Source: a bacterium (lineage in GTDB: Bacteria; Bacteroidota; Ignavibacteria; UBA10030). From it: a stretch of 64,000 nt of DNA. The notes beneath the pieces are model-generated. The model was not told the DNA's origin, searched no databases, and saw only the letters and a program-made list of their open reading frames with translations. Location: contig JAZDJN010000101.1 in the NCBI GenBank assembly GCA_043803945.1, positions 1 to 64,000 of the forward strand. The letters are read 5' to 3'. The number at the start of each line of letters is the position of its first letter. Positions within the stretch are counted from its first letter, which is position 1. Shown here one piece after another: positions 31,597-40,567 of the stretch. Both the position numbers and the translations under genes were made by a program.

Positions 31597-31692
31597 CTAA
31601 CGATGCTTCTTCTTATGACGCATTTTTCGCAAGCGTTTCTTCCGCTTGTGCGTCGCCATTTTATGACGTTTCCGCTTTTTACCGCTCGGCAT
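31597..31692 (-). CDS. AURKAIP1/COX24-domain small basic ribosomal protein (bS22/mS38-like), 31 aa
   Basis: Hand translation MPSGKKRKRHKMATHKRKKRLRKMRHKKKHR*; preceded by AAGGAAG. Confidence 0.85.
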   Translation of the reverse strand: MPSGKKRKRHKMATHKRKKRLRKMRHKKKHR

Positions 31693-31704
31693 CAGCTTCC
31701 TTTA

Positions 31705-32445
31705 TTATTTGGTTTGGAGATTTTGTGGATTAGAATGTTGCATGAGAAATTGCTGGGCTTGCTTGCCGATATCACTCGTGGGCGAGAGCGCAACAGTTTT
31801 CTTAAACCACTCATTGGACTCTTTGAGTTTTCCCGCCTTCAGGTTCACCATGCCTAAATTGAAATGAGCCTGGAGGTGTTTCGGGTCCTCCTTGAGAGCA
31901 CGCTCCATGGCCTTCTGGGCATCATCGAGCTTGTCCAGTTCAAAATAACAGATTCCGAGGTCCACCCGTGCATTGGGATCCTTCGGATTCTTTTCCAGAA
32001 ATTTGGCGTAGTATGTCACGGCACGATCAAAGAACCGATGATCGTGGAGAAGATTGGCAAGCTGTAACATGGACTGCTGATCGTCTGGATTCGCTGCGAG
32101 CTTCCGTTCTAATTCTTCAATTTGCGGCATCACCTGCATATTTGGAGCCGCCATGGTCGGACCCGGCTGCTGCGGGGCTGCGCTCGGCTGCGGCTGGGAC
32201 TTTGGATTCATCACCAGATCAATCACGACGGCACCCGCGACGATAAAGAGTGCCACACCGCCGATCGTTTTCCAATTGCTGACGACTGATCCTTGCGATT
32301 GTTTTTGTTGCGCAGAAGCATCGCTTCCCTTCTTTGCTTTCCCTCCAAATTCAGGCCACTCGATCTCGGCGCCGCATTTATTACAAATCCGGTCACCGGG
32401 ACGGAGTTCTGCCTGACATTCTGTACAACTGTGTTTTGGCTTCAT
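31705..32445 (-). CDS. Zn-ribbon + TM + TPR protein
   Basis: CTEC..CNKC, TM helix, TPR repeats (ARVDLGICY, AHFNLG). Confidence 0.85.
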   Translation of the reverse strand: MKPKHSCTECQAELRPGDRICNKCGAEIEWPEFGGKAKKGSDASAQQKQSQGSVVSNWKTIGGVALFIVAGAVVIDLVMNPKSQPQPSAAPQQPGPTMAAPNMQVMPQIEELERKLAANPDDQQSMLQLANLLHDHRFFDRAVTYYAKFLEKNPKDPNARVDLGICYFELDKLDDAQKAMERALKEDPKHLQAHFNLGMVNLKAGKLKESNEWFKKTVALSPTSDIGKQAQQFLMQHSNPQNLQTK

Positions 32446-32452
32446 GCTCGTC

Positions 32453-32749
32453 TTATGGTGTTGGTTTCTTGAGATTCTCGTCTACAATATGTTTCAGATC
32501 TTTGGAGACCTTGAAGATGGGAACATAGTGTTCATCCACTTTGACCTGTTCCCCGGTCCGTGGATTCCGGGCCATCCGGCCTTTCCGCTTCTTCACTTTA
32601 AAACTGCCAAATCCCCGGATCTCGATATTCTTGCCCGTCTTCATGGCATCGATGACAGTTGAGATGAACCCATCCACAACAGCTTCCGTCTCAACTTTTG
32701 TCAATCCTGTTGCTCCGGCAATGACATCAACGATATCAGCCTTCGTCAA
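32453..32749 (-). CDS. hup: HU/IHF family DNA-binding protein
   Basis: IEIRGFGSF..ARNPRTGE..PIFKVSK. Confidence 0.93.
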   Translation of the reverse strand: MTKADIVDVIAGATGLTKVETEAVVDGFISTVIDAMKTGKNIEIRGFGSFKVKKRKGRMARNPRTGEQVKVDEHYVPIFKVSKDLKHIVDENLKKPTP

Positions 32750-32767
32750 GGTCGCTCCTCCTAAGTA

Positions 32768-33670
32768 TTAGTAGGGTGAAGTGAATTTATATTGCACTAC
32801 TGGTTGACGGAATAATTCATTCCGTATCTCTTTCAGATCCGAGACTGCCTCTCCCAACATTCGTTCCCAGAATGTTTTGAGCTTGCGTTCTTTCACAATT
32901 TTCGGTTTGCCGGTAATTCCGCCTAATGCAGCGGCGAGATCAATGGCATCTTCCATCGTGCCCAGGGTATCCACGAGTCCGATCTGCTGTGCCTGCCGGC
33001 CGGTGAAAATGCGTCCGTCGGCGTATTCTACGACTTTCGTGCGGGGCAGTTTTCGCTCTTTGGCAACCACATCGACAAATTGATCATAGACATCGCCCAG
33101 GAGCACTTCAAAATATTTCTTCTCATCCTCGGTGGTCTTCCGCAAGGGTGAGCCGATATCTTTGTACTTCCCTGTTTTAAAGGTTGAAGCGTCGATACCG
33201 ACTTTATTCATCAACTCCTGGAAATGGAGAAACTGGAAAATCACTCCAATGCTTCCGGTGAGTGTACCTGGATTAGCAACAATTTTTGTTGCTCCACAGG
33301 CAACATAGTAGCCGCCGCTCGCTGCGACAGAGCCCATGGAGACAACGACGGGCTTTCCGCTTTCGCGGGTCTTTTTCACCTCTTCATAAATTTCCTGGCT
33401 TGCCGAGACGCCGCCGCCAGGAGATTCGATTCTAAAGACAATGGCCTGGATTGCAGAATTCTGTCGATATTTCTTAAACTGCCTGACGATATCTTCTGAG
33501 GAGATGATTGGTTCATTCAGCTCAACTACAGCAATACGCTGACCGGATGTTCCGATAGACTCGTCTTCCGGTTGAATGAAAAATAGTGAGGCAAGAAACA
33601 GCATAAAAAGGGCACCAAAGAAGAAGATTCCTACTATGATGCCGAGTACCCACTTCGCAGTATTTGACAT
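32768..33670 (-). CDS. sppA: Signal peptide peptidase SppA (S49)
   Basis: ESPGG, VAASGGYY, TGSIGV, GRIFTG. Confidence 0.93.
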   Translation of the reverse strand: MSNTAKWVLGIIVGIFFFGALFMLFLASLFFIQPEDESIGTSGQRIAVVELNEPIISSEDIVRQFKKYRQNSAIQAIVFRIESPGGGVSASQEIYEEVKKTRESGKPVVVSMGSVAASGGYYVACGATKIVANPGTLTGSIGVIFQFLHFQELMNKVGIDASTFKTGKYKDIGSPLRKTTEDEKKYFEVLLGDVYDQFVDVVAKERKLPRTKVVEYADGRIFTGRQAQQIGLVDTLGTMEDAIDLAAALGGITGKPKIVKERKLKTFWERMLGEAVSDLKEIRNELFRQPVVQYKFTSPY

Positions 33671-33989
33671 GAATAGTTTTTTCCCAATGCGTGTAACTTA
33701 TTTATTGGCTTGTAATTATAAGAAAAGAGTATCTGAAAGTCAATCCGGAATTTCTCTAACTCATTGGAAAACAAGGGAATGAAGAGGATAGGTGATAAGT
33801 ATTAAGTCGAAAGTAGAAACTATAAAGTAAGAAGAGATAAGCGAAGTTAAATCTCCAAGTGATCCCCGAACGTTTCTGTCGGCCTGCCCACCGTAGCAAA
33901 GCGAAGGTGGGGGATCTATCATACAGAAAAATTCAAATATACGGAAAACTTCAGCGCCTCATAGTAGATTCTAAGCTAAAGAATTTTAG

Positions 33990-34500
33990 GATCAATAATT
34001 TCCCTTGTTCTGGCAACGATCCTCATCTCTCTTGTTGGTTCAATCCTCTTACGCAAAGGATATCTTCAGGCGTCCGGCCTTTGGAAGATCAGTGTGATGT
34101 GGCTTATGTTTTCCACTGGCTCGTTCTCCGAAGGTGGAATCACCTCCAGCTCATTTGCCGGCACACTCGCCATGGTTATCTACGCCGGCCTGGCTTAGGG
34201 TTTACCAGCTTCGATTGGAATATCGATTCTCAGCGTCCTGGTCGGAGCTCTTTATCTTTATCTCCAATCAGTCGACATGCTTCCAACACCGGCGATTGCC
34301 TACTCCCAAGTAAACATTTTATCGGATTACATCCTCTACATCACCGCCACGAGTCTCTTCACCGGAATTGCTATTGACCGGATCAATAAATCGACCAGGA
34401 AGTTCGAAGCTGAAATCGAGGAACGCAGAAAAGCGGAGGAGCAGATGAGGTCCAGCCAAGATCGGTTCAAGGCGCTGCTGGAGGCAACCTTTGAAAGAGA
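33990..34500 (+). pseudogene. Remnant of a membrane sensor (TM helices + coiled coil, truncated at a PAS start)
   Basis: Hydrophobic segments broken by stops, then EIEERRKAEEQMRSSQDRFKALLEATFE and abrupt loss of sense; boundaries approximate. Confidence 0.55.
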
Positions 34501-34741
34501 AACACCCCGCACTCAAAGTGTTATTTATTTCCGGGTATTCCAATGCATTGATTGCCGGGCGGGGGATTCTCGAGGCGGACGATCTATTGCTCTAGAAGCC
34601 ATTCGAAGTGAGCACATTGCTCAGGAGAATCAATGAAGTGATGAGCGTTATAAGTTAAGGCAGAGGAAGGCCTTCGCCCCTCTTACCTTGTTTGTCAACC
34701 CAAAATTATGTATTTAGTGTTTAAATTATCAAAAACGTTGT

Positions 34742-35320
34742 ATGGAATCGACTAATACCAATAAAAGAACTATCAGCAATAAAGCGATCGTGCTCATCGT
34801 CGAGGATGATCCTCTCGAAGTCCAGTTGATCACGAAATTCCTCCAACTGGAATTCCAGCTTCTCTTCGCTGCCGATGGTGAAGAGGCCCTTGCTCTGGCA
34901 AAGAAACAGAAACCGGATTTAATCCTGCTCGACATCATGATCCCCGCGATGGACGGCTATGAGGTCTGTGAACGTTTAAAACAACACATCGCCACAAGGA
35001 CGATCCCCATCATCTTCCTGACCGTGAAGAATGAATCAGAGGATGTCGTGAAGGGTTTTGAGGTCGGTGCCGCCGATTATATCACGAAACCGTTCAGAGG
35101 CCCGGAACTCATCGCACGGGTGAGAACCCATGTCCAACTCCATCAACTTCAGAGCTTGTTGACCATTTGCAGTTGGTGCAAGAAAGTCAAGGACAACGAT
35201 GCCTGGTACGATTTGACTTCGTATATCAATCAAAAGACCGGTACCAGTTTCACACACGGGATTTGTCCGGTCTGTTCGGAGCGGGCGTTGAATGAGTTGA
35301 AGAAAAAGAAATCTCAATAA
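34742..35320 (+). CDS. Response regulator with C-terminal Cys-rich domain
   Basis: VEDD, LLDIMIP, DYITKPF; ICSWCKK..THGICPVC. Confidence 0.9.
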   Translation: MESTNTNKRTISNKAIVLIVEDDPLEVQLITKFLQLEFQLLFAADGEEALALAKKQKPDLILLDIMIPAMDGYEVCERLKQHIATRTIPIIFLTVKNESEDVVKGFEVGAADYITKPFRGPELIARVRTHVQLHQLQSLLTICSWCKKVKDNDAWYDLTSYINQKTGTSFTHGICPVCSERALNELKKKKSQ

Positions 35321-35380
35321 ATTCCAGCGTTTCTCTGGACTGTTCGAATGCCGTTGGACACCTATTAAAAGGCTGTCCCA

Positions 35381-35470
35381 ATGACTTCGAAACATCGTGA
35401 ACCGACACACCCCGGAGAAGTTCTCATTGAGGAATTCCTCAAACCTCTCGCATTAAGTCAGACAGAAATC
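35381..35470 (+). pseudogene. HigA-type antitoxin N-terminal fragment
   Basis: MTSKHREPTHPGEVLIEEFLKPLALSQTE; similarity ends at the convergent trxB stop. Confidence 0.7.
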
Positions 35471-35471
35471 A

Positions 35472-36413
35472 TCAATGCGTTAAAAAGCGCTCAACATCGA
35501 TGGCCGCCATACATCCAGTACCGGCTGCGCTGATAGCCTGACGATAGGTTGGATCGGCGACATCACCGGCAGCGAAAACCCCGGGAATATTGGTTGCCGT
35601 GCTGTGAGGTTTGGTGATGAGATAACCCACAGGATCCATCTGGAGCTGTCCGGTAAAGAGCTTTGTGTTCGGCTGATGTCCGATAGCGAGAAAAACACCG
35701 TCGCATGGATAGTCAGTGAGGACATTGTTCTTCAAATTTCTCAATCGCACACCCGTCACCGACTTCTTTCCCCCATCGTTTTTCCCGAGCACCTCATCGA
35801 TCGTCGAATCCCAGACAAACTCGATTTTAGGATTGTTGAAGGCGCGCTCCTGCATGGCTTTTGAAGCGCGCAGTTCATTGCGGCGATGGACGACAGTGAC
35901 CTTCGCTGCATGGTTGGTAAGATAGGTCGCCTCTTCCATCGCCGTATCGCCGCCGCCGATTACCATCACATGCTGATTCCTAAAGAAGAATCCGTCGCAT
36001 GTCGCACAGGCCGAGACACCATAGCCGCGGTATTCGGTTTCCGAAGGGAGTCCAAGATATTTCGCCGTAGCGCCGGTAGCAATGATCAGCGTGTCGGCCA
36101 GATATTCGGCATCGTCGGTCTTGAGTTGAAAGGGGCGTTTCGAGAGATCTGCTTCAGTAATTTCCCGATAAATCGAAGTGGCGCCAAAGCGGTGCGACTG
36201 TTCGCGAAAAAGTTCCATGAGCTCCGGTCCGGTGATCCCTTTTGGGAAGCCGGGGTAATTTTCCACCTCTGTGGTGATGGTGAGCTGCCCGCCCGGCTGA
36301 GAGCCTTCAAACACGACGGGAGCGAGAGTTGCGCGTGCAGTATAGAGTGCTGCAGTGAAACCGGCTGGACCTGATCCGAGAATGACGACTTTGTGATGAT
36401 ATTGTTCTGGCAT
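35472..36413 (-). CDS. trxB: Thioredoxin-disulfide reductase
   Basis: GSGPAG, VENYPG, CATCDG, GGGDTA, FAAGDV. Confidence 0.96.
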   Translation of the reverse strand: MPEQYHHKVVILGSGPAGFTAALYTARATLAPVVFEGSQPGGQLTITTEVENYPGFPKGITGPELMELFREQSHRFGATSIYREITEADLSKRPFQLKTDDAEYLADTLIIATGATAKYLGLPSETEYRGYGVSACATCDGFFFRNQHVMVIGGGDTAMEEATYLTNHAAKVTVVHRRNELRASKAMQERAFNNPKIEFVWDSTIDEVLGKNDGGKKSVTGVRLRNLKNNVLTDYPCDGVFLAIGHQPNTKLFTGQLQMDPVGYLITKPHSTATNIPGVFAAGDVADPTYRQAISAAGTGCMAAIDVERFLTH

Positions 36414-36723
36414 AATCTATTCCAAGACTAATGATGAGTGATAAGAATAATAAAAATTAGAAAATGAAAAATGAAAAATGAAAACGACAGATAAAAAAGT
36501 AAAATGTTCTCGAATTTTCTATTAACGATACTGACTTCATGTTTTAGAATATTGCAAATGAGCGCTATAGATTTTATTTTTCAGATATGTATTTTTTCAA
36601 GATAACATTATCCCTTAATAACAAGAGTCTTCACAAATTCATTTTCATTTTTGCATCGTTATTTTATTGTTTTCAATTTGGTCTTTGATATCAATCTGGT
36701 TTCTATAGTAGCCATCGCTCAAT

Positions 36724-37662
36724 TCATCTTGCTTTTAAGGCCGTCTGGACATTTCGCAGGAGCCCCTGGTGTTTTGTGCGTTTAATCGGACTCTTGTGAA
36801 ACCGTTGTGAAAATTCTTCCTGAGACATCGCCGCCAGTTCAGTTAATTTCGGTGCGATGTTTTCCACGCGCGGTTGAAATGCGGTTTCTCCTGTGCCTTT
36901 CTGAAATCGGTTCCAGGGACAGACATCCTGGCAAATATCGCAGCCATAGATCCATCGGTCGAATTGTGCTGCCAGTTCGACTTGAATACTTCCGCGATGT
37001 TCGATGGTAAGATAGGAAATGCATTTTTGAGAATCGAGTACATAGGGTTCGACGATGGCCTGCGTCGGACAATGTTCGATGCAAGCTGTGCAGGTGCCGC
37101 AAAAATCTTCTATGGGCGTATCGAACTCGAGCTCGACATTGAGGAATATTTCACCAAGGAATATCCACGAACCGAATTCTTTTGTAATCAAATTGGTATG
37201 CTTCCCGATCCAGCCAAGACCGGCTCGGGCAGCCCATGCTTTTTCCATCACCGGCCCGGTATCGACATAGGAACGCGCCTCGATATCAGGGTGTTCCAAC
37301 CGGAGCGTTGTCAGGAGTGATTCAATACGATGGGAGAGTGGTTCATGATAGTCATCTCCCCATGCATAGCGGGAAATCTTCCCTGCGGCCGGATCTTCAG
37401 AGTGCTGTGCCTCAGTGTAGTAATTCAGGGAGAGCGAAACCACTGATTTCGCGGAAGGGAGCACTGCCCGGGGATCAATGCGTTTCTCCCGGGTCCGCTG
37501 CATCCACTCCATCGATGCCTGATACTTTCGCTCGAGCCATTGATCGAGACGGCGGCCTTCTTCGCTCAGTTTCCCGGCTTGTGCGATACCGATCTGGGAG
37601 AAGCCGTGACTGATGGCAAGCTCTTTCATCCTGCGGGTGAGAGTCTTTCGTTCGTTCTCCAC
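36724..37662 (-). CDS. queG: tRNA epoxyqueuosine reductase
   Basis: SRYAWGDDYH, VDTGP, CGTCTACIEHCPT, GCDICQDVCPWN; start placed at GTG 37662. Confidence 0.94.
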   Translation of the reverse strand: MENERKTLTRRMKELAISHGFSQIGIAQAGKLSEEGRRLDQWLERKYQASMEWMQRTREKRIDPRAVLPSAKSVVSLSLNYYTEAQHSEDPAAGKISRYAWGDDYHEPLSHRIESLLTTLRLEHPDIEARSYVDTGPVMEKAWAARAGLGWIGKHTNLITKEFGSWIFLGEIFLNVELEFDTPIEDFCGTCTACIEHCPTQAIVEPYVLDSQKCISYLTIEHRGSIQVELAAQFDRWIYGCDICQDVCPWNRFQKGTGETAFQPRVENIAPKLTELAAMSQEEFSQRFHKSPIKRTKHQGLLRNVQTALKAR

Positions 37663-37666
37663 CGAT

Positions 37667-37996
37667 CTACCACGACGTTTGTTCTTCGGGATCTTCGATC
37701 CACACTGCACCTTTGTTGATCGAAACGTTATAGCGCTGCAGATTCCCAGCACCAATGAGCGCCTTGCCGGATTTCAGATCGTACGTCCAGCCATGCATTG
37801 GGCAGGTAATCTCATAGCCATTCAGGATTCCCTGGACAATTGCCTGCACATGCTGATGCGGGCAGTCATTTTGCACCGTATGGAGCTCCCTTTCGATATA
37901 AAAGAGGGCAACCTCCTCATTATTCACCGTCACCCGCATAGCATGGCGGGTTTTCAATTCTTCGAGTTCACAGACCCGAATCATTTCTCCCATCAT
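37667..37996 (-). CDS. Rieske [2Fe-2S] ferredoxin
   Basis: CPH..CPMHGW. Confidence 0.9.
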   Translation of the reverse strand: MMGEMIRVCELEELKTRHAMRVTVNNEEVALFYIERELHTVQNDCPHQHVQAIVQGILNGYEITCPMHGWTYDLKSGKALIGAGNLQRYNVSINKGAVWIEDPEEQTSW

Positions 37997-37998
37997 GC

Positions 37999-38844
37999 TT
38001 ACTCCAACATCAGCATTTGATCCACGACAATCCCTTTCTCTCCCTGTTTCAACATGATCGCTTCAATATTCGGATCGTGCTGCAGAAACATGATCCATTG
38101 CTGCTCAACGGCACGGGTAAATATCTTTTTGCGCTCCTCCAGTGTCACCAGGGGACGGACATCAAACGACATGATATAGGGTAAGGGAAGATGAACTGTC
38201 GTGGGCAATAAATCGCAACTGAAGAGCATTGTGGTTTGGCCGTCAGAAATTTTCGGGAGCTGCTGTGAGGAGGTATGGCCATTAGTGACGAGCACTTCGA
38301 TCCCAGGGAAGAGTTCGGTCTGGCCATTGACCAATTCCAGCATTCCCATCTCATGCAGAAGCATGAAATCCTCACGGAGAAAGCTCGCTCTGTCCTTCTC
38401 GGTCGGCTGCTGTGAATTTTCCCACTGTTTCTGCTGGACATAGTACCGTGCATGGGGAAATGTCGGGACGAGCTTGCCATCCGCGTACCTTGTTGAGCCT
38501 CCCGCATGATCGAAATGAAGATGTGTGAGGATGACATCCGTAACATCGTCGGGCGAGACACCATGCTTCTTCAGCGAGGAGAGAAGGTCGTGTTTTGAGT
38601 TATCGAGTTTGTAAATATCTTTGAGTTTATCGGGCCATTTGTCCCCATTCCCATTATCGACGAGAATGGTCCGTCCTTTCCCCTGGATCAATAACGATCG
38701 GACTGCAAGCTCGACTCTCATCTGTTCATCGGGCGGCAATGCCCTGCTCCAGAAGATCCATGGAACAACACCGAACATCGCCCCTCCATCAAGCCGGAAG
38801 TGTCCTGTCTCAATTGGATGGATTTCGTAAGGTCCAATCTTCAT
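37999..38844 (-). CDS. MBL-fold metallo-hydrolase
   Basis: LDGGAMFG, THLHFDHAGG, GHT. Confidence 0.92.
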   Translation of the reverse strand: MKIGPYEIHPIETGHFRLDGGAMFGVVPWIFWSRALPPDEQMRVELAVRSLLIQGKGRTILVDNGNGDKWPDKLKDIYKLDNSKHDLLSSLKKHGVSPDDVTDVILTHLHFDHAGGSTRYADGKLVPTFPHARYYVQQKQWENSQQPTEKDRASFLREDFMLLHEMGMLELVNGQTELFPGIEVLVTNGHTSSQQLPKISDGQTTMLFSCDLLPTTVHLPLPYIMSFDVRPLVTLEERKKIFTRAVEQQWIMFLQHDPNIEAIMLKQGEKGIVVDQMLMLE

Positions 38845-39036
38845 ACCGGTTCCCCTTAAAGCTATTATTGAACGAAGTATCCCTCATCTGTTTTTATCGT
38901 CTCGCTAAACAACACAACGGCGAAGCGAACGGAGTACGAATAATGTTCGGTGACCGAAGCCATTGAAAGAGTATGTTTGAATCCATTCAATAATACGACT
39001 GTCATTGTTTGGTATACGAAATGCAGCGGCGGCGAC

Positions 39037-39258
39037 CTATACAAGTTCATTAAACTGCTCATCGGAAATGCCAGCTTAACGAATGATAGCCCTTAATGTC
39101 CCACGATCCAATTCTTTATGATCCGGAACGACAAGTTGAGCAAATGGTTCATAACGACGGAGAATGATATGACTTCCCTGCTGGCGTCGGATAGAGAATC
39201 CAACCTTTAAAAGTGAATTAACGCAATCACGTCCAGAAATTCGGGGGAGAGTATTCAT
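39037..39258 (-). pseudogene. hicA: HicA toxin with premature TAA
   Basis: RQQGSH..VPDHKELDRGTLRAIIR*AGISDEQFNELV*; internal stop at 39076-39078. Confidence 0.8.
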
Positions 39259-39461
39259 ACAGCGACCAAGAGAGCCTCGAACCGCTCCGGAGGTACGTTC
39301 AGATGATCCTCTTCAAGAGCAAAGATATAAGCTTGAATTGCTTCACGGATGTTTGCAATTGCCTCTTCTCTTGTTGGGCCTTGACTGATGCAACCTGGAA
39401 GGCTGGGGCATTCCGCTACCCAATATTGGTCTTCGCCAGGATATACATTAACTTGTCGCAT
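39255..39461 (-). CDS. hicB: HicB family antitoxin
   Basis: AECPSLPGCISQGPTREEAIANIREAI. Confidence 0.92.
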   Translation of the reverse strand: MRQVNVYPGEDQYWVAECPSLPGCISQGPTREEAIANIREAIQAYIFALEEDHLNVPPERFEALLVAV

Positions 39462-39540
39462 AACTAAACTCCTTATTATTGCTCATGTAAATATACTATT
39501 CTGATTCGACCTTTTCCAATACCTACCATTGCTCAGACCT

Positions 39541-39798
39541 TCATCTTTCAAGTTTCTCGGGCCGTTCGATAAACCACTCCAACCGTCCGCACTGTTTGCA
39601 GACGAGGATCGTTGCAGATTTGTTCGCCCAGTCGAGATTGAGGAATGTCAATCCCGCTGTATTCAAAAGCGCAGACCCCTCTTCGAACTTATCGTGTCCG
39701 CAATGATGACAGAGTATTTTTTCCCCGACAAGTACATATGATCCGGGTCCCATCGCTTTTTTCATCGCACGGACAACTCGCCCCAGTCGTTCAAACAT
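39541..39798 (-). CDS. Zn-ribbon domain protein
   Basis: CHHCG..LNTAGLTFLNLDWAN..CKQCG. Confidence 0.7.
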   Translation of the reverse strand: MFERLGRVVRAMKKAMGPGSYVLVGEKILCHHCGHDKFEEGSALLNTAGLTFLNLDWANKSATILVCKQCGRLEWFIERPEKLER

Positions 39799-39910
39799 TG
39801 CCGCCTCCTCTCATCCGGAAGGAATGCTAGAAATACAAAGGTCGGACGCCGAACACCATCATTGTTATGATGGGACGACACCGACCTTGAATACGTATGA
39901 ACAAATAAAA

Positions 39911-40249
39911 TTACTTCCGGAAATGCGACGTCGTTGCCGAAAGCTCCGGGAACTGTCGATCCGGATGAAGCTGTTTTGCACGATCGAGCAAGACCTCTTC
40001 ACTCTCGACGATATCCGGATTTGGTACGCAGCAATCAACAGGGCATACCGCAGCGCATTGCTCTTTTTCAAAGTGACCGACACACTCGGTGCATTTTTCC
40101 GGGACGATGTAATAGAAATCGGCGGATATTGCATCGTGTGCTGCGCCATTCAGATCCCACCCTGCACCGCCAGCATAAATTGCGACATTCGGGCACTCTG
40201 GTTCGCATGCTCCACAGTTAATGCATTCTTCAGTGATCATCGTTGCCAT
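39911..40249 (-). CDS. YfhL-family 4Fe-4S dicluster ferredoxin
   Basis: CINCGACEPECP and CTECVG..QCAAVCPVDCC. Confidence 0.93.
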   Translation of the reverse strand: MATMITEECINCGACEPECPNVAIYAGGAGWDLNGAAHDAISADFYYIVPEKCTECVGHFEKEQCAAVCPVDCCVPNPDIVESEEVLLDRAKQLHPDRQFPELSATTSHFRK

Positions 40250-40567
40250 GCTTAACTCTCCTTATGCTTATGTTACAAGAACATCTGATTTTAGGAATAA
40301 TTTCGTTTTTTGATTTTCGATTTTGAGCTTCACAGATAACAGAAGCAATACAGACTCACAATCAGGTGATGCGAGTATAGCAAATTGAGGCTTGAAATTC
40401 AAGGTGAAAAACAGAAAGAATATTATCTATTTTTGACCAAAAGGGGCATTTATTTGAATTGTTAGGCAATTGAGAATGGTGGTCGTGCAGCTATTAGATG
40501 TGCCGCATTCCTTTCGGGGAGAGGATTCTTGTAAGCGAGTTTTCGCTCCTGCTTCAGTTCGTATTCG

